Source: Macrostomum lignano (Eukaryota). From it: a stretch of 64,000 nucleotides of DNA. The stretch is taken from positions 620,001-684,000 of the forward strand of contig NIVC01000027.1 in assembly GCA_002269645.1 (NCBI GenBank), given 5' to 3'. Below are positions 1-13,036 of the stretch, in pieces; positions within the stretch are counted from its first letter, which is position 1; the number at the start of each line of letters is the position of its first letter. A model generated the notes under the pieces. The model searched no databases, had not been told where the DNA came from, and worked only from the letters and a program-made list of their open reading frames with translations. Made by a program: the position numbers and the translations under genes.

Positions 1-26
1 CACCCTTCCCCCTGTCATCCATTCCC

Positions 27-260
27 TCTGTCACTCTGTCACTCTGTCACTCTGTCACTTTGTCACTCTATCACTCTGTCACTCTATCACTCTGTCACTC
101 TGTCAATCTGTCACTCTGTCACTCTGTCACTCTGTCACTCTGTCACTCTGTCACCCTGTCAATCTGTCACTCTGTCACTCTATCGCTCTGTCACTCTGTC
201 ACTTTTTCACTCCGTCACTTTGTCACTCTGTCACTATGTCACCCTGTCACTCTGTCACCG
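27..260. repeat. (TCACTCTG)n 8-bp tandem repeat, degenerate
   Basis: Repeated tcactctg/tcactatg units are visible; ORFs 60-272 and 220-432 are by-products. Confidence 0.95.
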
Positions 261-924
261 ATGTCACGCTGACACCACGTCACCCCGTCAACGTTACCCA
301 GCCCTCCACACTGATTCTACTCTCGACACAAAACGCATAACAACAGAAATAAGGCAGCTCGCATACAGCGTTCCTCAAAAACCCATGAATCGCCCTTATA
401 GCAGCTCTGCGAAGCAACACCGAATGAGTTGAATTTTATTGATAAGGGAAATAAAAAAACGTGTCCAAAAATCCGTGCTCCAGATAGCAGCAGCAGAACT
501 CGATAGACAAACACAGCTGATAAAAATTAAGCCTTAGATTTTACGAGTGATGGACTCAATGTCGTAATTTTTTGACAACTCGCTTCCATCGAGAAAAGTT
601 CAATTCTCTTTTGACAACAAATTATTGTACTTTAGGCAAGAATGCGCACTGGCCTCAGCTCACTGTAGCCTTTCATCCAAAAATATGAATGGCGCAAATA
701 CTTTGTGTGCCTGGGAGGGTCACTTCACGCCTGCATGAACCGGTTGAGCACAGGTTGCTCAAGCTGGGGATCCAGTCACCCCTCTGCAAAAGTCGTAGCT
801 ATTGAAGAATTGGGTAGGGTAAGAGAGTGATGGAAACTGATCAAAGGAGTCTCATCTCATTTTCATATCTTATTGGTCTGCTGAGCGAAAGTACGACTGC
901 ATAATATGGTTGGGCAGTAATATG

Positions 925-1453
925 GTCAGTCAGTCAGTCAGTCAGTCAGTCAGTCAGTCAGTCAGTCAGTCAGTCAGTCAGTCAGTCAGTCAGTCAGTCA
1001 GTCAGTCAGTCAGTCAGTCAGTCAGTCAGTCAGTCAGTCAGTCAGTCAGTCAGTCACCCACTCACTCAAGTCAGTCAGTCAGTCAGTCAGTCAGTCAGTC
1101 AGTCAGTCAGTCAGTCAGTCAGTCAGTCAGTCAGTCAGTCAGTCAGTCAGTCAGTCAGTCAGTCAGTCAGTCAGTCAGTCACCCACTCACTCAAGTCAGT
1201 CAGTCAGTCAGTCAGTCAGTCAGTCAGTCAGTCAGTCAGTCAGTCAGTCAGTCACCCACTCACTCAAGTCAGTCAGTCAGTCAGTCAGTCAGTCAGTCAG
1301 TCAGTCAGTCAGTCAGTCAGTCAGTCAGTCAGTCAGTCAGTCAGTCAGTCAGTCACCCACTCACTCAAGTCAGTCAGTCAGTCAGTCAGTCAGTCAGTCA
1401 GTCAGTCAGTCAGTCAGTCAGTCAGTCAGTCAGTCAGTCAGTCAGCCAGTCAG
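925..1453. repeat. (CAGT)n microsatellite with recurring CACCCACTCACTCAAGT interruptions
   Basis: Direct reading; the same interruption occurs at about 1055, 1179, 1252 and 1353. Confidence 0.97.
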
Positions 1454-2415
1454 TTGAAAGTACACAGCCAATAATTCATGAACTCGCCTGTCCAAAAAAG
1501 GTTAGCTCAATCCCTCTATCGGATCATCAATAACTTTTCTGAGCACAGCAAACATTGGCTAGAAAAGCTTATCCAGAAAGTTCTGGTTTCCTGTATCTAG
1601 CAGACATTTCCAACTGAGGAAGTCGGTCCCAGTCGGTTCCAAAATCTGGTCCTCCGAGAGTGTTTGCTTATTTAAGCCCGCTAAGCTCAAGCCTAACGCT
1701 TGATACTCACTGGAGAGATATAACTCTGTTGAAAGATACATTGTGCATGCTATGCTTCCACATCGAAAAGTACTTGTACATGTATATACCTATACACCTG
1801 TATCTCAATCCACATTCGTGGATAGAGTGCAGAGTGTAGGCTGCTAGCCTTCAAGTGTAAAGTATAATTATTTCAGAAATTCTCTTCTCCAAAGAAAACT
1901 GTTGCTGTATCGATATTGGTCTTCTCTTAACGGATCGCCCGACTCACTTGCATGACCGCATTGCAACCCCACACTGCTGGGTCTCAAGGTCTTGCTTGAT
2001 TTGACTCCTATGGCAGTATTTTTACAACCTCGAATTGAGATCTTTCAGCTAAGCAAAAGCCTCTCAGCACAAGCCTTGGTATTGACTGAGCAAACCTGGA
2101 AAGCTAAAAAGTATACTCAAGTTTTATCGCTAGCGTGTGTTCGACCTCGACAGAATTAGTTAGTCGTCTATAGCTGTAGCAAATATGAACTAGAAATGCT
2201 GCAATTCTTAATTTGTCAAATTTTAGGTTCGACAGAAGCCATCTGCTACCAAGTGCGTTGCCGATTATTCTTTAGTAGGAAGCTACTTCCGTCTTACAAT
2301 GAGAAAATAACTACGAGCGTAAATACACTCATAAAAAGTTTTGTAAATTGAACCTACACAGCTCAAGTTAGTTATAGATTTACAGCAGAAGAACTCAACA
2401 AATAAACTAATTTAG

Positions 2416-4465
2416 ACGCACTTACTGAACCCACAACCTAAACACACCAGGACAAATTCTAGGCACTTACTGTACCTACAACCTAAACACACCAGGACAA
2501 ATTCTAGGCACTTACTGTACCTACAACCTAAACACACCAGGACAAATTCTAGGCACTTACTGTACCTACAACCTAAACACACCAGGACAAATTCTAGGCA
2601 CTTACTGAACCCACAACTAAACACACCAGGACAAATTCTAGGCACTTACTGAACCCACAACCTAAACACACCAGGACAAATTCTAGGCACTTACTGAACC
2701 CACAACCTAAACACACCAGGACAAATTCTAGGCACTTACTGAACCCACAACCTAAACACACCAGGACAAATTCTAGGCACTTACTGTACCTACAACCTAA
2801 ACACACCAGGACAAATTCTAGGCACTTACTGAACCCACAACTAAACACACCAGGACAAATTCTAGGCACTTACTGAACCCACAACCTAAACACACCAGGA
2901 CAAATTCTAGGCACTTACTGTACCTACAACCTAAACACACCAGGACAAATTCTAGGCACTTACTGTACCTACAACCTAAACACACCAGGACAAATTCTAG
3001 GCACTTACTGAACCCACAACCTAAACACACCAGGACAAATTCTAGGCACTTACTGTACCTACAACCTAAACACACCAGGACAAATTCTAGGCACTTACTG
3101 AACCCACAACTAAACACACCAGGACAAATTCTAGGCACTTACTGAACCCACAACCTAAACACACCAGGACAAATTCTAGGCACTTACTGTACCTACAACC
3201 TAAACACACCAGGACAAATTCTAGGCACTTACTGTACCTACAACCTAAACACACCAGGACAAATTCTAGGCACTTACTGAACCCACAACTAAACACACCA
3301 GGACAAATTCTAGGCACTTACTGAACCCACAACCTAAACACACCAGGACAAATTCTAGGCACTTACTGAACCCACAACCTAAACACACCAGGACAAATTC
3401 TAGGCACTTACTGAACCCACAACCTAAACACACCAGGACAAATTCTAGGCACTTACTGTACCTACAACCTAAACACACCAGGACAAATTCTAGGCACTTA
3501 CTGTACCTACAACCTAAACACACCAGGACAAATTCTAGGCACTTACTGTACCTACAACCTAAACACACCAGGACAAATTCTAGGCACTTACTGAACCCAC
3601 AACCTAAACACACCAGGACAAATTCTAGGCACTTACTGAACCCACAACCTAAACACACCAGGACAAATTCTAGGCACTTACTGTACCTACAACCTAAACA
3701 CACCAGGACAAATTCTAGGCACTTACTGTACCTACAACCTAAACACACCAGGACAAATTCTAGGCACTTACTGTACCTACAACCTAAACACACCAGGACA
3801 AATTCTAGGCACTTACTGTACCTACAACCTAAACACACCAGGACAAATTCTAGGCACTTACTGTACCTACAACCTAAACACTCCAGGACAAATTCTAGGC
3901 ACTTACTGAACCCACAACCTAAACACACCAGGACAAATTCTAGGCACTTGCTGTACCCACAACCTAAACACACCAGGACAAATTCTAGGCACTTACTGTA
4001 CCCACAACCTAAACACACCAGGACAAATTCTAGGCACTTACTGTACCTACAACCTAAACACACCAGGACAAATTCTAGGCACTTGCTGTACCCACAACCT
4101 AAACACACCAGGACAAATTCTAGGCACTTACTGTACCTACAACCTAAACACACCAGGACAAATTCTAGGCACTTACTGTACCTACAACCTAAACACACCA
4201 GGACAAATTCTAGGCACTTACTGTACCTACAACCTAAACACACCAGGACAAATTCTAGGCACTTACTGTACCCACAACCTAAACACACCAGGACAAATTC
4301 TAGGCACTTACTGTACCCATAACCTAAACACACCAGGATAAATTCTAGGCACTTACTGTACCTACAACCTAAACACACCAGGACAAATTCTAGGCACTTA
4401 CTGTACCCACAACCTAAACACACCAGGACAAATTCTAGGCAATTACTGTATCCACAAGCTAAACA
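2416..4465. repeat. 45-bp minisatellite, about 45 copies
   Basis: Unit AGGCACTTACTG(TACCT/AACCC)ACAACCTAAACACACCAGGACAAATTCT; the 15-aa periodicity of the overlapping ORFs matches 45 bp. Confidence 0.97.
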
Positions 4466-4709
4466 TAGCAGGAAAAACCTTTAGTGCTCATTCTTTAGTG
4501 TATCTAGAAAGCCTAAAGTCGCTAGGAAAAACTTGCTGATACTTATTAATCGACTCTAAACGTCTAGACCTACAACTTGAAACCCCACAGCTTACTCATC
4601 ATGACGCCAAAATATGATAGGTACTTAAAGTACCTCTCAACTATTTAAAATTCTGAAATGCCCAGATGCTCAAGAACTTTCCAGACAGCGTCACTCCATC
4701 AGCCGAAGC

Positions 4710-7700
4710 ATGGCGCACTTTTTACACACACCAACGAACTCCGAGCCCGATCGTCCGATCAGTCGAGGCGCCAGTAGTGAGGAGCGTCTCTCCCTGTCGG
4801 CTGGCAAGAAGTTCCACCGACCGTTGTTAATTTCGCGGAAATCTTCTCCGCAAGCCTCCGCAGCGGCGGCTACAAAGAAGCTGCTGCAGCAACAGTATCA
4901 ACAGCAGCAGCAGCAGCTTCAGCAACAAGAGTCCTCTTCGTCGCAGGCATCACCACAGCCGCAGGTTGCTACCAATCCCGGCATTGTGATCGAAGACGAC
5001 TTTTGCAGCAGTTCAACAGCTGGAGGAGGCGGTGCCGGCGGCGGCGGTGGCACTGGGGAAACTCGAAGCTCCCTAGAGGTGCCCGCCAGCGATGGCAGCG
5101 GCGGCGGCGGAGGTGGTGGCGGAGGCAGCATCGGATTTAACCTGGCACCTCGGCCAAGCATCGGCAACATCTTCCGGGCGCGCAAGAAAAGCGTCAGCGT
5201 CCTGTTTGACGGCGACGGAGCGGGCAACGCTTCGGCTAGGAGCAGCGTGGCTGGGGAGAGCAGCGCTTCTGGTAGAGGTAAAATGTCGTTCAGTATATTT
5301 TTACTACTACTGTTGAGTAGTCAGTTTATGATTTTTGTGGCAGATAAATATCTAAAATGCTCGAACAGATCTTTTCGTGCTATCCTTCGCTGGACCATCC
5401 GTTTATCTTTGTTGTACATGAACTTCAACCCAGGCAGTATAAATAAAAGTACTTTCAGAACTTCAGGCATCAATCAGCTTTTGGACCATGCCTGACCAAT
5501 TAATTAGCGATTCGTGGATTCTTTTCGAGCCTTTTCAGTCATGCCAAGTTGCTGGAAGGATCAAACTGATGATTGCCTGGCAAAAGCTTTCAAGAAATCT
5601 GTCCCTCAAATTTGGCCTATAAATACCCCAGCTTGCCCGATATTGGCCTTGAATCCCAACTTTTAAATGCCTTCTTTCTTCCCGAAAAATCTACGTTTAC
5701 CACGCCCCCCCCCCAGTCAGCATCCATGGCCTCTCCATCCCTCCCCATCACCCACCCTCTCTCGTGTTGCGCTGAGGCCACAAAAATCGATCCGCATCAG
5801 CTTGAAGATATTATTAGAAATGAGGGGAAACAGAAATGAATTGGGATAGGACGAGATCTTGTCCCCGGCCTAAGACGCATTGGGATTCAATTTAGCTCGA
5901 TTGGGATTTATTTATTGCCTACGTGGCTTCTGTCGCCTCCCGGAGAAAAAGATTTGGCCCTTGGAGTCGACTGTTCGATTATTCAATGCAATCCTGACCG
6001 GCGTAAATCTTTTTTTAACAAAAAAACAGCCTGTAGCTGTCAATAAAAGCTTTTTTCAATTGCGCCAAAATGTACTGCCAGAGCGGCGGCATCTCGGGAA
6101 TGAGCATCGGTAACAGAGATCACGGACACGGTAAGATTGTTAGACTGCCACATGCTTGAACAATCGTCATGAACTTTCCTCTGCAGTTGAAGTCGGAAGC
6201 GTCTTAAAAGAGAAGTCAATCGGGCTGTATGTTCAGACTTCTCAAATAGACTGACGTCGTTCCTGTTCTGCTCGATCCGTGAACTGTTAAGAGAACATTG
6301 GTCCTTGCTTCAAACAGTGCACTTTTGTCGCCTGAACTGTTACCAACTTTTCCAATTTCACGATCGTTCATGGTTAACAAGAAATTTCTATATTTCTAAA
6401 TGGTATGCAGAAGAGCTGTCAAGATGTCACGACAGGTATTTTATTTCCACCAAATCTGGAGTTTTTTGTCGCATTCCAACAGTTAATCGGAGCGTCAGTT
6501 CAGTAAAAAAAATAAGTTTGAACCAGAAATCTACGCCAAGCTAAATGGTTCTAAAAAGAAAAATAAAGAGCCACTTCCGGTTTATCTATCAGTCATGTCA
6601 TCGCAGATGCAACAGTCAAAAAAGTTAGCACCAGTGGCGGTAAAAGCTGTTCAAAGCAGCCAGTGAGGAGTTCATACGGACCCCGTGGGACATGGATCCG
6701 CTGCCTATGCCTGCCAGTCACTCCTTCATTCACTTTCGGGTGGTCGCGCGGCAGCTGTGACAGAAACGTCAACAGCTTCTTTCCTGTTGCGGCGGGTGGC
6801 GAAAAAGAACTCTCTGCAACAGATCAGAAAGTGAACACCTTGAATACCCTGAGAGAGGGAGACCAGTCGAACCTTGGATTCTGGGATTCACGGGGAGTAC
6901 AAAAAACTGGCTAATGGTATTTTTCGAAGGCGATTCGGTGCTACCAGGTCCCGCAAGTTCCAGCGCTCCGTATTTGCATCGTTACAGTCCGTTTCACTGG
7001 GTTAGACAAGATATTTTGCATGCCATCAGCCGTCATCCCCCAACCAAGCTCTTCAAAAACCGAAATGTAGCCCTCTTTCATGGGCAGAAAGGTGGAACTA
7101 TTGCCACAGCAAAAACAACCAATACTTGCCTACAGTATCATTTCTGCTTCATCAGTTTGCGATCAATTTTGGTTGCAGCCGGCAGGCGAAGCAGCCGCGC
7201 TAGGATGCCTTCGCTGAGCGACCTGCAGCGTCAGCAGCTGATCGAGCTCTCCAAGACGGACTTCGAGAATCTGCACTTCATCGACGAGAACTCTTTGGAG
7301 TGCGCCGAGTCGCTAGACTTGGACAATCTGGACGTACTGGGTCTGATCCGACTGAACATCAGCGGTACGCGTTTCGAAGTGCTGCGGGCAACTCTGCTGA
7401 ACCAGAGGTACATCTACGACAAACTTTTGCACGATGGAATCTACAGGGCCGCTCAGCAAGAGTACTACTTCGATAGGGACCCGGCCATATTCAAGATTGT
7501 GCTGTGGTACTGCCGATACGGTGAGTTCCCACCTAAGGACTCAATCCTGAAGATTCTCTAGTAAAACTCTCGAGTCATAAACTCGTACAACTTAGGGACT
7601 GAGGAATGAGAAAAGTCAACCCAACTCACCCGCAAACCTAGGCGAGCTTCATGTGCCTCATCACTACTGCGGTCCCCTGCTCGAACGCGAACTGGCTCTG

Positions 7701-10700
7701 TGGGGCATTCAGTCAGTCATCGAAATACAGAACTGCTGCGTCTCGCACCTCATGGACACTAAAAGTCGTCTGGTCAGTCTGAAAAAGTTTGAAAATTTCT
7801 TCAAAGAGGAGATGGAGAGCGAGCCGCTTCTGCTGCCGAACAGTGTAGAGCTTGAGGAGCACCTGTCGAAGGATTTGTCAAAGGCACACGGTAGGGGGAT
7901 GTCTTTCTGGTGTAACTTACAAATTCATGCATGTTCAATAGCTCCAAGTGAAACACGTGGGATCATAAAAAATGGGACAGATGGGTGGAACTTTGCCACA
8001 GCCAATCAGCGCAGAGAGAGGGAAGAGATAAGAAAATCGAAACAAGGGGGATTCAGAAGTTTAGCCACAGCCAATCAGCGCAGCGAGAGGGGAGAGATAA
8101 GAAAACGGGACAGAGGGGTAAAAGTGCAGTCGCAGCCGATTGTCGAGAGATATTGAAATTTGACGGATGCCAGAATATTAATGCAGCCGGAAGAAAAAAT
8201 AGAATGGAATAATAAAAAATACAAAAAATATCAATTTTATACACTCAAAATATCCCATTAAGGCTGGCGCAAGCGAATCAAAGAAGCCTTGATCGCTCTG
8301 CGCAAACGCTGCTGGAAGATTCTCGATCATCCCTCGTCGAGTTTCCCAGCCGCCGTGTACGCCGTCATCCTGAGCGTCACGGTGCTGTACACGGTGTTCA
8401 GCTTCGTGGCCAGCACCTCGGAACGATTCCAGCGACCCATGACGCCCGGAGAGGTGGCCTTCTACTCGGCCAAGCACCCCGCCTGGTACGGCAATCGAAC
8501 GGACGCCAGCGCCAAGATCAAAGTGGACTGGCTGACCTTTCCAGACTGGATCGCGTTCGGCACCCTCACGTTCGATTTTTGCGTCCGGTTCATCTGCTGC
8601 AAGAACAAGCTGGCCTATTTCAAGAATAACTACACCATAATTGACTTTCTGTCAATTTTGCCCTTCTACATTAACGAGCTGCTGAAGTTCTTCTGCGGCA
8701 TTGTGGAATTCTCCGACAGCAGCTATTTTGGACCGGCTGAGTACATCGCCTTCCTGAAGATCACCCTGTTCATGAGGCTGCTGAGGATCGGCAGGCACTA
8801 CCGGGGTCTTCAGGTGCTCATCTACACTCTGCGCACCTCCTTCCGCGACCTCATGCTTATGGGGGTGTTCGTCGCTCTGGGGACTCTGCTTTTCAGCACT
8901 CTGATCTTCTTCTGCGAGAAATCCGACAGTCAGACAGCCGCAGGGGGCGGAGCGGCGGGCGGAGCCAGCGGCGCCACCGACTGCTCCAAGTGCAATCGGC
9001 AGGGCACCGACTCGAGGTTCACCTCCATGTTTGACGGGTTCTGGTGGTCATTAGTTACCATGACAACGGTTGGATACGGAGATCTGGTGCCGCAGACGTG
9101 GCCAGGTGAGACACAACTTCTAATGCAAAAATTACACCCACATAATATACTAATACCTAACTAAGCACACTTAGTTAGCTCGTACACCATACACCCAGAT
9201 ACCTGACCAGGTACACCCAGATACCTAACCAGGTACACCCAGATTACCTAACCAGGTACACCCAGATACCTCACCAGGTACCCAGTTTCATCGGCACACA
9301 GATAAATCATATATCCAATTTCCACTGCATTTCAACATTACCAAATTAACAAAAATTACCAAAATCGGAAGAAAAACATCGCCAAAGAAATGCACTTTAA
9401 GGCTACCCTCTCTTACTTTTTCGATCAATTCGGCCAAGCATCACAAAGCACTAGCGGACAGACAGGCGCCATCTCGTATATACCACCAGCAAATGTGATA
9501 AACAGAAGACCATTGAAATTTTGCACCAACCGGGGCCTGTAGACAGGAGGAAAAACGTAGAGAGAGAAAATGCCCTATGATTGTTGAAGGCTGCCAGCTT
9601 ATGGGTCAAGTGCGCCACTGCTTCTAGTGGCAGATAGCAGACCTGATTGAGGCAGCATCGACCAAGTAAAACATTGAGGTTGGAAATCTTTCACCTTTCA
9701 TTCCGAATGCTGACTCTCCGAAGGAGAACCAGAAACCTGAGCCTGCAGTAGTCAAGGCTTATTGGGGGAGTCGCTGAAATTCTGTGACTCATTGGAGGAT
9801 CGCTCAGATGCTTTGAGCCAAAGCTCATAGTGGATCTGATATCTTAGGCTCGATAGCCAGCGAGTCTTTTTGTTTTGAACATCATCGACTTGGCTCTGCT
9901 CTCGTGCAATTAACGGCTTTGAGGGCCAACCCCAAAGCATAGTGAGGTGCACATGCTTAACGATAAATAAAGTTAGTGTCATTGTACACTCCTGTATAAG
10001 TGTGTTCCTGTGCGTGTGCCTGCGTACGTATCCACGCGCGCTTGCGTGCCTGCTCAGCAGGGGAGTCGGAGGAATGGGCAGTAATGCCTCTCGCCGATTG
10101 TGTGACAATGTCGCTTAAAGTGCGCCAGGGTGCACACAGGCAGTGACTCTGACAAAAATCTATCATTACCTGCCAGTAACTGCCGGCAGGTCTTGTGCTA
10201 CGCTATCACACTGCCACAAGCCAAAAGGAATCTCCAGTTATTGTTGAGCCATCGTTCCTAAAATGCAAAGAATGCGGAGTTGCTTAATCCAGGTTATTCG
10301 TTCTAACCTAGTTCTCCATGACACTTATACAAGCTTTTCACCATCATAAAAATTCAATTTTCGAAAGCCTTCGAACTAGAGGCAGCAGCGGCAAGCTCCC
10401 CTGCACCCCTTCGCCCGCGTTTACGATCGTGCACTTACGGCTGCAGTCAGTAATGGAAGGCTTAATCGCTAACATCGCAGTAGAGCTGAAAAATTCTCGG
10501 CGGCTGGTTAGCTCTTACTGCAACAGTTCTGCAACAATGTCCACGGATAAAATAGGAAGTCTAGACTTTAAAAATCTATGATTAGCTAAAAACTTTATCC
10601 CGAAAAATGTCGAACGTGTTAATGTGTCATCATCAGTCATAATTTTTATTGTTTGGTCGCAGCTGAATTCACAAAATAGTAACGCACGACTGTTCATTTA

Positions 10701-11945
10701 GTGCAGTAGCACTTGTGCTGACTGAGAATTTCGTCTATACGTATTATTACCGAGTTGATCTGTAAGCCTTTAAGGATCTCTTGAATAATCACCTCAAGGT
10801 GAAATGTCTAAGGTAAAAATCGGTGCACCTGGTTGATGATAAATTTGCTGCTTTGTATCGAACTCAATGTCTTCCCGAGCTCTCCACAAGATGCATGCTG
10901 GATGTGTGGCATTTGTGAGCACCAAAGCGTGCCCCTGACCCCTGACCTCCAATGAAGAACGTTGGAATTTCCCGACCCACTTATTTTTTTATTAGAGCCA
11001 GTGGCCATGCGCACCCTGGCGCACTTTCAGCGACATTGTCACACAACCGGCGAGAGGCATTACTGCCCATTCCGCCGACTTCCCCTGAGCAGGCACACAA
11101 GCGCCGAACAGTGTAGGCATGTACACTTCACTGTGCCTTGGGGGTTGGCCCTTAAGGGCGTTATTTGCACGAGCAGAGCAAAGCCGAGATTCCAATTCAG
11201 CCCCAAATTAATGCGACTTCACTTGGATCGAGCCTGGGCCGCAAGAGGAATATAAGAGCGCTACGCTAGACCACTGAGCTACGGCCCTCTCCTGACCCAC
11301 TTTGGCACCACCTTTGACTCATTTTGATTCTCGATAACCTTTTTTTCTTAGCTTTGTGTCTCTGACATATACTGGACCCACCTGACCTACTTTGTGTACC
11401 ATCTGACCATCGGTGTTGGCACCACCTCAACAATTACAGGTCGAATCGTTGGCTCAGCCTGCGCACTCAGCGGCCTCCTACTGATCGCCTTCACGGTGCC
11501 CATCCTGGTGAACCACTTCATGCTGTACTACTCCCACTCGCAGATTGTGCACGTGTCCAAGAGTAGTGTGCAGGAGTACGCCACCAAGGCCCTGCTAGCC
11601 AAGGTGAACAGCTTCGCAGGCGGCAAGGTCAAACGGATGCGCAAACTGGTTGCCGAGGGCGCCACTCACGCTCATCATTCCGAGAAGCTGGGCAAGGCTT
11701 ATTGGAAGAAGCGGCTCAAACTGAGCTCGAAGCAACGGCACGATAGCGCAGAAAGCAGCAGCGGTGGAGGCGTCGGGGAAGGCGGTGGCGGCGCTGTCGG
11801 AGGAGGAGGAGGAGGCCGACGCTGCTCAAAGCACTCCGAGCCGCTGCTGGGCGGCCAGAACTCGTTCAGCGGTATGCCGACAACATCGTCCGGCGATCCC
11901 GTGACGTCACCGCAGACCTCCGGCCTAATCGCCACCGACCTGTGA
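4710..11945 (+). CDS. Voltage-gated K+ channel alpha subunit, Shaw/Kv3-like (5 exons)
   Basis: Exons 4710-5271 (or 5277), 7179-7520, 7642-7890, 8263-9105, 11440-11945; all four introns are GT-AG and phase 1. T1 domain IRLNISGTRF...EYYFDRDP...YGELHVPHHYCGPLLERELALWGI...NCC (Zn-site H/C/CC typical of non-Shaker T1; CGP..EL..WGI is Shaw-like). S1-S5 present, pore FWWSLVTMTTVGYGDLVP, S6 GRIVGSACALSGLLLIAFTVPILVNHF. The low-complexity exon 1 is the least certain part. Confidence 0.9.
9190..9285. repeat. Short ~20-bp tandem repeat (ACCCAGATACCTAACCAGGT), about 4 copies
   Basis: Visible at the start of Kv intron 4. Confidence 0.8.
9845..10140 (+). mobile_element. SINE-like dispersed repeat, copy A
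   Basis: Shares GCTCTGCTCTCGTGCAA..GGGCCAACCCC..AGTGA.GTG.ACATGC and GGAATGGGCAGTAATGCCTCTCGCCG.TTGTGTGACAATGTCGCT..AAGTGCGCCAGGGTGC with the reverse complement of 11008-11200; degenerate B-box GGCTCGATAGCC at 9847. Confidence 0.7.
11008..11287 (-). mobile_element. tRNA-headed SINE-like element, copy B
   Basis: The minus strand starts GGGCCGTAGCTCAGTGGTCTAGCG (A-box) ... GGCTCGATCC (B-box) at 11287-11221, followed by the body shared with copies A, C, D and E. Confidence 0.7.
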
Positions 11946-12720
11946 GCTGACTCAGCTGGTTCATCAACAAAAATCCGATGGTTTGCTGTTGGAAATTGTT
12001 TCTAGGTTTAAAGAAAGTCGAAAAAAAATATTTATGGCAAAAAACAAACAAAACGTTTTGAAAACATTTCCAAGAACTACCGTAAAAACTTCAGCTGCCC
12101 TTTATTGTGTGTACGTTTTCGACGACTAATTTTCTGAATGACCTGACGGCAAGAGCATGGCAATTTATTTTCGAGTCTGCTTGGTTTTTCATTAAAATAA
12201 ACTTTTTTCATTTGCTTTGTTATATTTTTGTGCCGCAGTAGGTTTCTCTTAGAAAAATTAATATCCATTTCAAAGTCATTTTAATCTCGAGCTGCACTGA
12301 CTGTTGATACATGAAAATGCCCATTATACTACTTTTTGTCCATCATATTAGTAAGCAGTGTTAATCTAAGTTTTGTTCTTAACAAAGCATTGAATGTTCT
12401 TTAAATCTCTTTTTAAAACCTCATCACCCAATTGTTGTGTCTCAGTACTAGTTCTTTACACAAATAAATATGTACAATTATTTATTATTCAAGGCAATTT
12501 ATATCTATTTTAAACTATTTAAAAAATTTTACATGCTCTGATGCAGACTTCGTAACAGTCTTCTCTCCAAGAATGTGGTGCTGACTCTCAATTGCGGTCC
12601 GTATTTTTCTGGCGCAAACTCTCGAAACACATGCGGTATGGTGTTATTTGAGTATTGAAACCTGTTGACTTGAGTACTTTGATTCGAGGATAGTAGCCAA
12701 GGCATGAAAAATCCCAGACT

Positions 12721-12776
12721 AAATCAACAACAACAACAATAACAACAACAAAAAACAACAAAAACAACAACAACAA

Positions 12777-12826
<50 letters not shown>

Positions 12827-13036
12827 TCAACGACAATCAACGACAATAACAACGACAACAACAACAACAATAACAGCAATAACAACAGTAACAACAACAA
12901 CGACAACGACAAAAACAACAACAACAACAACAATAACAATAACAACAATAACAACAGCAAGAACAACAACAACGACGACGATAACAACAACAGCAACAAC
13001 AACAACAAAAACTACAACAACAGCAAAAACAACAAA
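12721..13036. repeat. (CAA)n degenerate trinucleotide microsatellite
   Basis: Direct reading; the poly-L/V/C ORFs are artefacts. Confidence 0.97.

Noticed and set aside
5566-5590. Hammerhead-ribozyme-like CTGATGA followed by a TTGC/GCAA hairpin
   Set aside because: The required GAAA does not follow stem II (it reads AAGC), and no stems I/III were found.
6040-6830. Antisense open frames in Kv intron 1 (about 6309-6040 and 6815-6670) suggesting a nested gene
   Set aside because: Short, no recognisable domain and no consistent splice chain; frames of this length occur by chance.
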